Source: Candidatus Omnitrophota bacterium (GTDB lineage Bacteria > Omnitrophota > Gorgyraeia > Zapsychrales > Zapsychraceae). From it: a stretch of 64,000 nucleotides of DNA. Shown piece by piece: positions 56,185 to 64,000 of the stretch; positions within the stretch are counted from its first letter, which is position 1; every line of letters starts with the position of its first letter. The notes beneath the pieces are model-generated. The model saw only the letters and a program-made list of their open reading frames with translations, ran no database searches and was not told the DNA's origin. The stretch covers positions 65,737-129,736 of the forward strand of contig JAGQKV010000012.1 in assembly GCA_020429915.1 (NCBI GenBank), given 5' to 3'. A program made the translations under genes and the position numbers.

Positions 56185-57789
56185 TCATTGCCGGTTGAGC
56201 CCCAGCGCCTTGGGCGGCGCAACGGTAGGCGGAAAGCGGCGGTCAATCCGGATACGTGTCGCCCCGCGTACCGGCCACCCCATCCGTTCGCAGATATGAC
56301 GCCAGATGTGATACAGATTATATTTCGCGTACAGGATGTGGCTGACGGACAAGCGCCCCAAGCTGAAGACGACATCGGCGCAGAAAAGGGCCAAGTTACT
56401 GACGAACGGCGGGGCCTTGCTGAAAAATTTGGGATCCAAATGAGGCCGCAACCATGCAGGGACCTGCGGCATCAGTTTGAGAACGACCTGGTAGCCGCGA
56501 TAAATCGGCAAATGCTCCGGCTGAATGGTCCGGTTCGGTCTGAGAAAGACGGTCAGCTCCAGCCCGTCGTTCATCTTCTCCACATCGGCCGCGGTAATCC
56601 GGCCGGAGGCCAGCGCCTGCCCGACGATCTCGGTCCCCGGATAAAACATCACAAAATACGTGTCGATCATACCCGGCGTGCTGCGCAGAAAGAGTTGTCG
56701 CGCCATTTCCTGTGACTCGAGCGGCTCGCCCGGCAATCCGAACAGATGGTGGGCACGGACGTGGATATGATATTTCTTCAACCAAGCGATCGACTCGGCG
56801 ACCTTGTCATTCTTTTCTGAACGTTTGACCACGCGACGCTTGAACGACTCGTTCGCGCTTTGCACGCCCAAGTCCACCTGCACGCAACCCGCCTCGGCCA
56901 GCATGCGGGCGATATCTTCACTCATGTAATTGGCATGGATCTCCACCTGGAACGGCAGTCCGATTTCTTCACCGTAACGCTCACAAAATTCCTTGAGCCA
57001 CGGTTTATTGATGATAAAAACGTCGTCATAAAAACGGATCAGCCGTGGCCGGTAGCGTGCCTTGACGACACGTAACTCTTCCATGACGTGATCGACGCTA
57101 CGCTGCCGGATATAACCGGTTTTTTTGTCCCCCGGCAGGTTGGCGAAGAAACTGTTAAAACAGAAGGTGCAGCGATAGGGACAACCCCGGGAGGCCATCG
57201 TCAGATAGGAGTCGTGCTGCGGGACGTATTCTTCCCATATGGCTTTGTCGTAATGCGGCAGGGAATCCAGATCCATCACGAATCCGTCCTGGGGTCCGCG
57301 CACCCGTGTTCCGTCGGGCAATTTGTAGAGCGTGTTGGAGATTTCCTGTCCGGTCAGACCGCCGTTCTCCAGGGCCGCGCAGATCCGCGGAAAGGCCAGG
57401 TCGGCCTCACCGATCACTACGATATCCACCTCCGGCTGATCGATCACCCGATCGGGCAGTGCCGAGGGGTGCACCCCGCCGAAGATAACCTTCACCCCGG
57501 GACGCAGGGACTTGGCCTCCCGTGCGATGCTCAGCGCCCACTGATAAGTCGCGGTCAACACGGAAAAGGCCAAGACGTCGGGTTGAGTTTCTCTGATTTT
57601 GTCGATCACCCGCTGACGGTCGTCGAACATGCGGGCAAGGAAGGGAACGTGGAGATGGTCGCGGTCGTGAAAGAGGGATACGCTGAAGGCCAGATGGACC
57701 TCGTGCCCTTCCCTCTTGAGGATCGCGGAAAGCTGGGAAATTCCCAGACTCTCAAATCCAACCGTGGCAAACGTGACGACCATAGGCAT
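56185..57789 (-). CDS. B12-binding domain radical SAM protein
   Basis: N-terminal cobalamin-binding Rossmann-like domain and radical SAM cluster motif ASRGCPYRCTFC. Confidence 0.8.
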   Translation of the reverse strand: MPMVVTFATVGFESLGISQLSAILKREGHEVHLAFSVSLFHDRDHLHVPFLARMFDDRQRVIDKIRETQPDVLAFSVLTATYQWALSIAREAKSLRPGVKVIFGGVHPSALPDRVIDQPEVDIVVIGEADLAFPRICAALENGGLTGQEISNTLYKLPDGTRVRGPQDGFVMDLDSLPHYDKAIWEEYVPQHDSYLTMASRGCPYRCTFCFNSFFANLPGDKKTGYIRQRSVDHVMEELRVVKARYRPRLIRFYDDVFIINKPWLKEFCERYGEEIGLPFQVEIHANYMSEDIARMLAEAGCVQVDLGVQSANESFKRRVVKRSEKNDKVAESIAWLKKYHIHVRAHHLFGLPGEPLESQEMARQLFLRSTPGMIDTYFVMFYPGTEIVGQALASGRITAADVEKMNDGLELTVFLRPNRTIQPEHLPIYRGYQVVLKLMPQVPAWLRPHLDPKFFSKAPPFVSNLALFCADVVFSLGRLSVSHILYAKYNLYHIWRHICERMGWPVRGATRIRIDRRFPPTVAPPKALGLNRQ

Positions 57790-57807
57790 AATTCGGGTTG
57801 ATGACGG

Positions 57808-57836
57808 ATGATAACGGGCCCCCGGGACCCGGTCAA
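57808..57836 (-). promoter_or_regulatory. Sigma70-type promoter (TTGACC-17-TATCAT) for the rSAM-SGNH-AT3-speE operon
   Basis: Minus strand reads TTGACCgggtcccgggggcccgtTATCAT. The spacer is a GC-rich near-palindrome. The -10 is about 19 nt from the rSAM ATG. Confidence 0.5.
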
Positions 57837-57886
57837 CTTACACTAGATCATATCATATTACGCCGGATTCGAAAACCGGCACGGTG

Positions 57887-58420
57887 CTACTCGTTCTCGG
57901 AGATGATTTTACCCTGGAGCAGACGAACCAGCAGATCGGCCTCCTGAGGGTCGATCACCTTGGTGGATTCGGTGAAGTTGGCGATGCGCTCTTTTTGTTT
58001 GAGAAAGAACACGATATCACCCAGCACCCGGATGGCGTCCAGCAACCGCGCCCGCAGGTTCGCGGCGGCCTTGAAATCGGGATTGCTCCCCTCGGCTTGA
58101 GCCATCTCCCCGACCAGACGCTTGAGTTCCGCGACCCAGTCGTTGTAATTGTTTTCCAGTTTGACGTAGTAGTCGGCGTCCCCGCAGATCCACATCTTGA
58201 TCAGCTCGATCTCCTCGGCCGTTAGTTCCTGTTTGCTCTGTAACTTGCCGATAATCCCCTCCACCTCGGACTTGGTAACGGCCTGGATGTGTTCGCGCAA
58301 GGCGGCGTCCAGGTCCTGCATGGTGGTGGACAAACGCCAGCAGCTTCCGGTACTGAAATTTCCCTCCAAGGAGGCGAATTGGCTCTGGATCTCGTTCAGG
58401 GATGCCTTAAAATCACTCAT
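57887..58420 (-). CDS. Soluble hypothetical protein, predicted helical
   Basis: 177-aa ORF with AGGAGAA RBS. An extended -10 TGATATAAT lies about 45 nt upstream (58461..58469). Confidence 0.55.
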   Translation of the reverse strand: MSDFKASLNEIQSQFASLEGNFSTGSCWRLSTTMQDLDAALREHIQAVTKSEVEGIIGKLQSKQELTAEEIELIKMWICGDADYYVKLENNYNDWVAELKRLVGEMAQAEGSNPDFKAAANLRARLLDAIRVLGDIVFFLKQKERIANFTESTKVIDPQEADLLVRLLQGKIISENE

Positions 58421-58530
58421 CGGATTCTCCTATCTGTACATTGTGGGACGTGGATTTGCCTCAATTATATCACATCCGGCAGTTCCCCGCCGGGTGAAGA
58501 ACAGCGCCCCCGGCGAAGGGACACACAGGC

Positions 58531-59439
58531 TTAACCGGCCGCGGCAGCCGCTTTTTCGGACACGCGGACATTCATCGGCGGCGCCGATCCGTCCTTGTCT
58601 TTTCCCATGTAGAGCGTCACATGGGGGAACGGGATCTCGATATCCCGCTCGTCAAAGCGTTTCTTGAGTCGCTTATTGAATTCACGGCCGACCGCCCACT
58701 GCTTGATAGGCTTGGTCATTGTCCGCGCCTTGATTATCACGGCGGAATTGTCGAACTTGTCCAGCCCGAGGATCTCGATCGGGGCCAAGATGTCCTTTTT
58801 GAATTCCGGATCCTGACGCAGCTCTTCATCGACCGCCTTAATGACCTCAATCACCTCATCGACGTCTTCACGGTAAGCGACACCGATATCGAATACGTAA
58901 CGGGAATACTCTTTCGTCATATTGGTCACCACCCCGATCTGTCCGTTGCGGACGTAATGGACGTTGCCGGCGAGGTCGCGCAGGATGACCATGCGCAGGG
59001 TGACCTTTTCCACCAGGCCGCCTTTGTCGGCGATATTGACCACGTCGCCGACCCGGATTTGATCTTCCAAGAGAATGAAGAAACCGCTGATCACGTCTTC
59101 AACCAGTTTCTGTGCCCCGAAACCGACCGCCAATCCGACAACCCCGGCCGTGGCCAGGATCGGACCGATGTCGATGCCGAGCTCCTTGAGAATCATCATA
59201 CCGGCCATAACGAAAATCCCGATTTTCAGAACATAGCGGACAATCGAACTCAGGGTATCGGTCCTTTTTTGCAATTCGGCATTATCGGCTTCCTTCTTGC
59301 TGATCCATTGGATCAATTTCGCGGACAGCAATTCCGCCGCCTTGAGCCCGATCACCATCAGGATCATTATCAGGACGATCTGGAGACCGCTGGTGATCAG
59401 CCACTCACCGACGGCCTGTAAATACTTTTGTGCATCCAT
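58531..59439 (-). CDS. Mechanosensitive ion channel, MscS family
   Basis: TM3-beta domain signature GVVGLAVGFGAQKLVEDVISGFFILLEDQIRVGDVV...IPN-like. Confidence 0.85.
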   Translation of the reverse strand: MDAQKYLQAVGEWLITSGLQIVLIMILMVIGLKAAELLSAKLIQWISKKEADNAELQKRTDTLSSIVRYVLKIGIFVMAGMMILKELGIDIGPILATAGVVGLAVGFGAQKLVEDVISGFFILLEDQIRVGDVVNIADKGGLVEKVTLRMVILRDLAGNVHYVRNGQIGVVTNMTKEYSRYVFDIGVAYREDVDEVIEVIKAVDEELRQDPEFKKDILAPIEILGLDKFDNSAVIIKARTMTKPIKQWAVGREFNKRLKKRFDERDIEIPFPHVTLYMGKDKDGSAPPMNVRVSEKAAAAAG

Positions 59440-59530
59440 TTTATTGCTCCTCTCACTTGCGTCTCGGCGTTAATTCACCCTTTATGTCAACCCTCCGAGT
59501 CGCCGCCTGATCGACGGCGCAAGAAATCTA

Positions 59531-61039
59531 TTACGGCTTCGGCCACACGCGGAATAATTGGCGGGGATAGCGGCCCGATTGCCAGCAGCTCTCCTGCCAA
59601 AATTCGTAAGGCCGAACCCCCACCGAATCCAGCCGGTAACCCTCCGTCATCATCGCAGCGAAGCGGCCCTGCGGATCATAATTATACAGACCATGTTCGG
59701 TTACGTAAACCGGGATTCCGCTGTTCAGCAGTCCGTCAAGCTCCCGGCGGAAGGCGGCGTGCGCCTCTTCATCGATGCGATACTGATCATGAAACCGGGA
59801 AAGCAGATTCAGATTGCTGTAGTAACGAAAGAACAGCGAATCGTCCACGGTGATGATGCGCGCATCCGGCGGGGCGAGCCGTGCCACCCAGCGAACGTAT
59901 TCCGGAATGGTCGCCTGCCGGTGCCGGGTCGTCAGGACCGGTTCGACCATACACACCATCCCGACCGCCATGACCACGGCCAGGAGCATGGCCAAAATAC
60001 GTCTGAACCGCCCGGCCGCACAATTATGGGAAAAGAAGCAGGCCATCAGGATGCACAGCGGCGGATGCAGGATGGTCAAAAATCGCGGGACCAGCGTGTA
60101 CAGCCGGCTGTACAACAGCACCGGGAAAAGCAGCCACAGCATCAAAAATAAATACGCCGGCCCGCCGCGCTGCTTCGACAATTTCCATCCCCCGATAAAG
60201 ATCAGCATGATCCCCACCGGAGTAAATGTATAAATGATGTGATAGAGGATATTCAGCAACGGCTTGAACAACAGCCCGATGGAAGCATGCGGAATCACCG
60301 ATGCCTCCTTATACTTCACGAATTGGGCCAAATAGGCCGCCCGTTCACTGCCGATGAGGTACGGCAGATAAAAGATGCTCATCGCCGCTGCCGCGACGGA
60401 ACCGAACACCAAGAAAGTCCGCAAGCGGTCCCGCGTGCTGACGGTCCACAACAAAAAGGCCAGCGGCACCGCCATCAGCACCAGATTCTGCAACCGGGCC
60501 GCCCCCAGAAACCCGATGAACGCCGCCGCGACGACCAAATCCCTTCCCCGCCCGGAATCCCGAAAACGCAACAGAAAATTAATCCCGGTCAGTAAGAAAA
60601 AGAGTGCCGGCGTATGACTCAATCCGTAAGTGGAAACCGCCAGAAATATGGGGGTCACCGATAAGAAAAATGCCGCGAAAAACGCGGTGTCGCGGTCAAT
60701 GAGGCGCCGGGTTACCTGATATAGCAACGGTACGCAAGCAGCTCCCATCACGACACTCATGAAGTTAACGGCCAGCACCGGGTCATGCACGCCGACGATC
60801 TTACCCAACAGGACAAAGATTCCGCCGCACACAATGGTGAGCGGATAACCCGATCCGAAAGAGTAGGACAATTGCAGGGTGGTGACGAGCTGCTCGGCCT
60901 TTAATGCCAGATTCAGGGTATCGACACTGTAGGGGCCGATACTGATCCAGAGTAACCGCGGCACAAAACTGACCACGAACAGTAGTGTAGCGACAACGCC
61001 CGCCGGGATCTGCCGCCGTGAGTGTGATTCAGACGTCAC
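59531..61039 (-). CDS. GT-C fold membrane glycosyltransferase-like protein (ArnT/PMT-like)
   Basis: 502 aa, about 12 TM helices in the N-terminal two-thirds plus a C-terminal soluble domain. Fold-level call only. Confidence 0.5.
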   Translation of the reverse strand: MTSESHSRRQIPAGVVATLLFVVSFVPRLLWISIGPYSVDTLNLALKAEQLVTTLQLSYSFGSGYPLTIVCGGIFVLLGKIVGVHDPVLAVNFMSVVMGAACVPLLYQVTRRLIDRDTAFFAAFFLSVTPIFLAVSTYGLSHTPALFFLLTGINFLLRFRDSGRGRDLVVAAAFIGFLGAARLQNLVLMAVPLAFLLWTVSTRDRLRTFLVFGSVAAAAMSIFYLPYLIGSERAAYLAQFVKYKEASVIPHASIGLLFKPLLNILYHIIYTFTPVGIMLIFIGGWKLSKQRGGPAYLFLMLWLLFPVLLYSRLYTLVPRFLTILHPPLCILMACFFSHNCAAGRFRRILAMLLAVVMAVGMVCMVEPVLTTRHRQATIPEYVRWVARLAPPDARIITVDDSLFFRYYSNLNLLSRFHDQYRIDEEAHAAFRRELDGLLNSGIPVYVTEHGLYNYDPQGRFAAMMTEGYRLDSVGVRPYEFWQESCWQSGRYPRQLFRVWPKP

Positions 61040-61638
61040 GATTTGATAATCTCCACGGGGTTGTTAAAAAGATTCGCATTGGGAATCAATACAGTCCGGT
61101 TATCACTCTCCAAGGTGGTGTAACGCAGGTCGACGCGGCGCACGGTCCCGTCGTACCCGGAGACCTTGATATGCGATCCGATGCGAAACGGCTGGTACAC
61201 CAGGACAAGCACGCCGGCCAGGACGTTGGACAGCGCATCTTTCAGGGCAAATCCCAGAGCGAAACCGGTCAGGCCCAGCCCCGCGACCATAGCCGCGACA
61301 TCAATACCCATTGTCCCCAATCCGGCAATCAGTCCGACAACGATCAGCACCATTTTCACAATGCGCCCCAACAGATAAAAAACATCCTGCTGAATCCGCG
61401 ATTTCGTGGCCAGCGTCAGAATTATCTTTTCAATGACGATGGCTATCGCCCAGATAATCAAACAGGCCGCCACTCCGGCCAGAATGCGGGCCGGTGCGGT
61501 AATGAACAGCGATGCAACGGGCGCGGCGGTTTCGACGAACACGGTAACCTCCTCGATTGTGATGTCTTTTTTCTTTCCCGGACGCGTGGAGAAAGAAATA
61601 TTTAATGGTCCGATCACCGGATACGTTAACCGAAACAT
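61036..61638 (-). CDS. Small MscS-family mechanosensitive channel
   Basis: GLGLTGFALGFALKDALSNVLAGVLVLVYQPFRIGSHIKVSGYDGTVRRVDLRYTTLESDNRTVLIPNANL MscS signature. Confidence 0.8.
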   Translation of the reverse strand: MFRLTYPVIGPLNISFSTRPGKKKDITIEEVTVFVETAAPVASLFITAPARILAGVAACLIIWAIAIVIEKIILTLATKSRIQQDVFYLLGRIVKMVLIVVGLIAGLGTMGIDVAAMVAGLGLTGFALGFALKDALSNVLAGVLVLVYQPFRIGSHIKVSGYDGTVRRVDLRYTTLESDNRTVLIPNANLFNNPVEIIKS

Positions 61639-61677
61639 CCCCCCGCATACGGTTTCGGAAATCCGAACGGTGTGCGC

Positions 61678-62724
61678 TCAGGAATGTCGGAGTTGGCCGC
61701 AGGCACTGTTGATATCTTTGCCGCGCGGCGTGCGGATCGTGGCGTGAACACCGAACTCCGTCAAACGGTCACGGAAACGGAGCATCTCGTCCCGGGCCGG
61801 TGTCTGATGATCGAACTCCGAAACCGGATTGTAGGGAATGAGATTCAACTTGCAGATCAATCCGTGAAACGCCTTTTTCAGCGCCTGAGCGGCCTGCTCG
61901 GTGCAGGTGACATCCTTGATAAGGATATATTCGAAGGTGATTTGCCGGCGATAGCTTTTTTGATAGGTCCGGCAGGCCTCAATCAGATCGTTAAACGGAT
62001 ACTTCTTATTGACCGGCATCAGGACATTGCGCGACTCATTGTCGTAGCCGTGCAGGGAAATCGCGAGTTCAATCTGAATCCCTTCCCGTCCCATTTCAAG
62101 AATGCGGGGAATGACACCGCAGGTGGATACGGTGATGCGCCGTGCGCCGATATTCACACCGACCGGATCATTAATCAGCCGGATAGCCTTCATCAGATTT
62201 TCGTAATTGTCGAGCGGTTCGCCGATACCCATAAAAACGATATGCGACAACGGCCGGGGATGCGACTTGGCTTCTTCCTTGACCTGCAGCACCTGCGTGA
62301 TAATCTCTCCGCAGCTCAAATTACGGTTCCAGCCGCCGATCCCGCTGGCACAAAACCGGCAGCCGAACTTGCATCCGGCCTGAGTGGAGATGCAGGCCGT
62401 CGTGCGGGTCTTGGTGGGGATCAGGACCGTCTCCACCTTCTCATCATCGTGCAGGGCAAACAGGAACTTGGTAGTGCCGTCGGCGGACACTTCCTTGCGG
62501 ATCTGCTTATGCGGATGCAACGCAAAATCTTTTTCCAACCGCTCACGCAACGGTTTTGAGATATTGCCCATGTCGGCAAAACTCTGCGCGCCTTTGTGGT
62601 AGATCCATTCGGCGACCTGACGGGCGCGGTAAGACTTCTCGCCGATCGTGGCCATGTATTCTTGAAGTTCCGTAAGGGAGAGATCGCGGATATCGTTGGT
62701 AGACGGTGCCGGCGTCATGATCAC
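61678..62724 (-). CDS. rlmN: 23S rRNA/tRNA adenine-C2 methyltransferase RlmN (radical SAM)
   Basis: STQAGCKFGCRFCASG cluster motif and RlmN N-terminal domain. Confidence 0.9.
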   Translation of the reverse strand: MIMTPAPSTNDIRDLSLTELQEYMATIGEKSYRARQVAEWIYHKGAQSFADMGNISKPLRERLEKDFALHPHKQIRKEVSADGTTKFLFALHDDEKVETVLIPTKTRTTACISTQAGCKFGCRFCASGIGGWNRNLSCGEIITQVLQVKEEAKSHPRPLSHIVFMGIGEPLDNYENLMKAIRLINDPVGVNIGARRITVSTCGVIPRILEMGREGIQIELAISLHGYDNESRNVLMPVNKKYPFNDLIEACRTYQKSYRRQITFEYILIKDVTCTEQAAQALKKAFHGLICKLNLIPYNPVSEFDHQTPARDEMLRFRDRLTEFGVHATIRTPRGKDINSACGQLRHS

Positions 62725-63677
62725 TTTTTGGACTGGAACATGCCGATCGCGCGAAACTTTTGATAGCGTTGTTCCAGCAACTCTTCCCCGGAGAGCGGAA
62801 CGAGTTCGCCGATATGTTTCACCAGCGCGCCTTTAAGACGCTCGGCGATCAGGACCGGGTCGCGGTGGGCACCGCCCCTGGGCTCTTCGATGACTTCGTC
62901 GGCGATACCGAAATCGCGCAGATGCTCACCGGTGATCTTGAGGGCCTCGGCGGCCTGCGGCGCTTTTTCGGCGCTGCGCCAGAGGATGGACGCGCAGCCC
63001 TCCGGAGAAATGACGGAATAGTAGGCGTGTTCCAGAATAAGGACCCGGTCGGCCACTCCGATACCGATCGCCCCGCCGCTGCCGCCTTCGCCGATAACGA
63101 CAGCGATCACCGGCGTCGAAAGCCGGGACATATCGCACAAATTCTCCGCGATGGCCTGAGCCTGCCCGCGTTCTTCCGCCCCGATTCCCGGATAGGCGCC
63201 CGGAGTATCAATCAGGGTCACGACCGGCAGGCGGAACTTGGCCGCCATTTCCATCAGGCGCATGGCCTTACGATAACCTTCGGGGTGGGCGCAGCCGAAG
63301 TTGCGCTTGACGTTCTCCTTCGTGTCCCGTCCTTTTTGATGACCGAGGATCATGACCTTGTGCCCGTCGATACGCGCGAATCCCGCGATGAGCGCCAGAT
63401 CATCCGCATACTGGCGGTCTCCGTGAAGTTCGACGAATTCATCAGTGATCATGCGGATATAGTCCAAGGTGTACGGTCGGTCCGGATGACGGGCGATCTG
63501 CACACGCTGCCACACAGTCAAGTTTTTATAGATCTGGGTTTTGACCTTTTCCAGCTTCTCCTGGAGTTTACGGATTTCCGGCTCGATGGAAATCTTCAGA
63601 TCATCCCCGTGATTGCGTAACTCTTCAATCTTGGCTTCCAGTTCGTATATCGGTTTTTCGAATTCTAAGACAGTCAT
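62721..63677 (-). CDS. accA: Acetyl-CoA carboxylase carboxyltransferase subunit alpha
   Basis: Carboxyltransferase alpha sequence family (HPDRPYTLDYI...IDTPGAYPGIGAEERGQ). Confidence 0.95.
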   Translation of the reverse strand: MTVLEFEKPIYELEAKIEELRNHGDDLKISIEPEIRKLQEKLEKVKTQIYKNLTVWQRVQIARHPDRPYTLDYIRMITDEFVELHGDRQYADDLALIAGFARIDGHKVMILGHQKGRDTKENVKRNFGCAHPEGYRKAMRLMEMAAKFRLPVVTLIDTPGAYPGIGAEERGQAQAIAENLCDMSRLSTPVIAVVIGEGGSGGAIGIGVADRVLILEHAYYSVISPEGCASILWRSAEKAPQAAEALKITGEHLRDFGIADEVIEEPRGGAHRDPVLIAERLKGALVKHIGELVPLSGEELLEQRYQKFRAIGMFQSKK

Positions 63678-63787
63678 AGCAGCTTCCTTATTTCGTCCCG
63701 CCTATCGCGGGCCGATCATATGAAAAATTCACAGGCACTTTCCACAGCCGGAGGGCGGTGCTTGTGAATTCGTTGGGACACTTTTCG

Positions 63788-64000
63788 TTAATTGACGATC
63801 GCCACCTGCGTGCCGACCGGAATAATGCTGTACAATTCTTCTACATCCGAATTGCGCATCCGCACGCAGCCGGCCGTTACCTGTTGACCGATTTTGTCCG
63901 GATCCACCGTCCCGTGAATGCCGTACCCGGGAATGTCAAAGCCCAACCAGCGGCTTCCCAGGACATTGGCGGGACTCTCCGGGGGGACCACCACGCCCTT
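63788..64000 (-). CDS. L,D-transpeptidase catalytic (YkuD) domain protein; C-terminal part only, the N-terminus lies beyond the window
   Basis: HGT...AGCVRM catalytic His/Cys signature. The ORF continues past 64000. Confidence 0.75.
   Translation of the reverse strand, partial: KGVVVPPESPANVLGSRWLGFDIPGYGIHGTVDPDKIGQQVTAGCVRMRNSDVEELYSIIPVGTQVAIVN

Noticed and set aside
57790-57886. GCCGG-TTTTCGAAT-CCGGC hairpin after the 57887..58420 gene as a terminator
   Set aside because: The stem is 5 bp with a 9-nt loop and no following U-tract, which is too weak to call.

Overview
This is a high-G+C bacterial chromosomal segment of about 60 protein genes, almost all on the minus strand, with two tRNAs and no rRNA, CRISPR array or transposase. 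Tat, lipoprotein and L,D-transpeptidase genes suggest a diderm-like organism.

The housekeeping backbone is confidently assignable:
- A long purine→tsaC→rpiB→glyA→nrdR transcription unit (purB-purC-purSL-purQ-purM-purD, then a TsaC–LMW-PTP fusion, rpiB, glyA, nrdR and a BFN nuclease).
- A biotin cluster (cysteine desulfurase, birA, bioF, bioH, bioC, a bioD-bioA fusion).
- mnmA, trhO, pgi, tatA/tatC, hemW, cca, rlmN, accA, and tRNA-Ala(GGC)/tRNA-Leu(CAA) behind a consensus promoter.

Three accessory regions stand out:
1. A 2134-aa Sec-signal RHS/Tc 'BC-fusion' polymorphic toxin at 20472..26876(-).
   - Domains: SpvB-N, FG-GAP propeller, YD/RHS shell, PxxxxDPxG hinge.
   - Its roughly 300-aa C-terminal tip is visibly AT-richer than the body. 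It carries a Gly-zipper followed by a His-before-Cys permuted papain-like (PPPDE/LRAT-like) domain.
   - Immediately downstream is an equally AT-rich, ATGA-overlapping lipoprotein gene, the presumed immunity protein.
   - The RHS shell also carries an internal canonical dockerin module, and a secreted single-cohesin-like protein lies two genes downstream. That pairing has no described precedent that I know of.
   - The locus has its own TTGACA-16-TATAAT promoter.
2. A tightly packed envelope-modification operon at 50973..57836(-).
   - Gene order: B12-binding radical SAM protein, membrane-anchored SGNH hydrolase, AT3 acyltransferase, a transmembrane-only paralog of the spermidine-synthase membrane domain, AdoMetDC (speH), and a 613-aa membrane-embedded aminopropyltransferase.
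   - Upstream are a GT-C glycosyltransferase and two MscS channels.
   - I read this as a candidate undescribed system for aminopropylation or O-acylation of an envelope glycan or lipid.
3. A 1730-aa protein of unknown fold with a signal peptide, a charged low-complexity core, one late transmembrane helix and a LysM-like C-terminal region, sitting next to the tRNA pair.

Also notable:
- An Hc1-like lysine/alanine-rich histone-like protein with 30-bp tandem repeats, driven by a promoter whose spacer is a perfect 20-bp palindrome.
- Fused TsaC–PTP, BioD–BioA and PurS–PurL genes.
- Many long antisense 'shadow' ORFs in the track, which I reject as GC artefacts.
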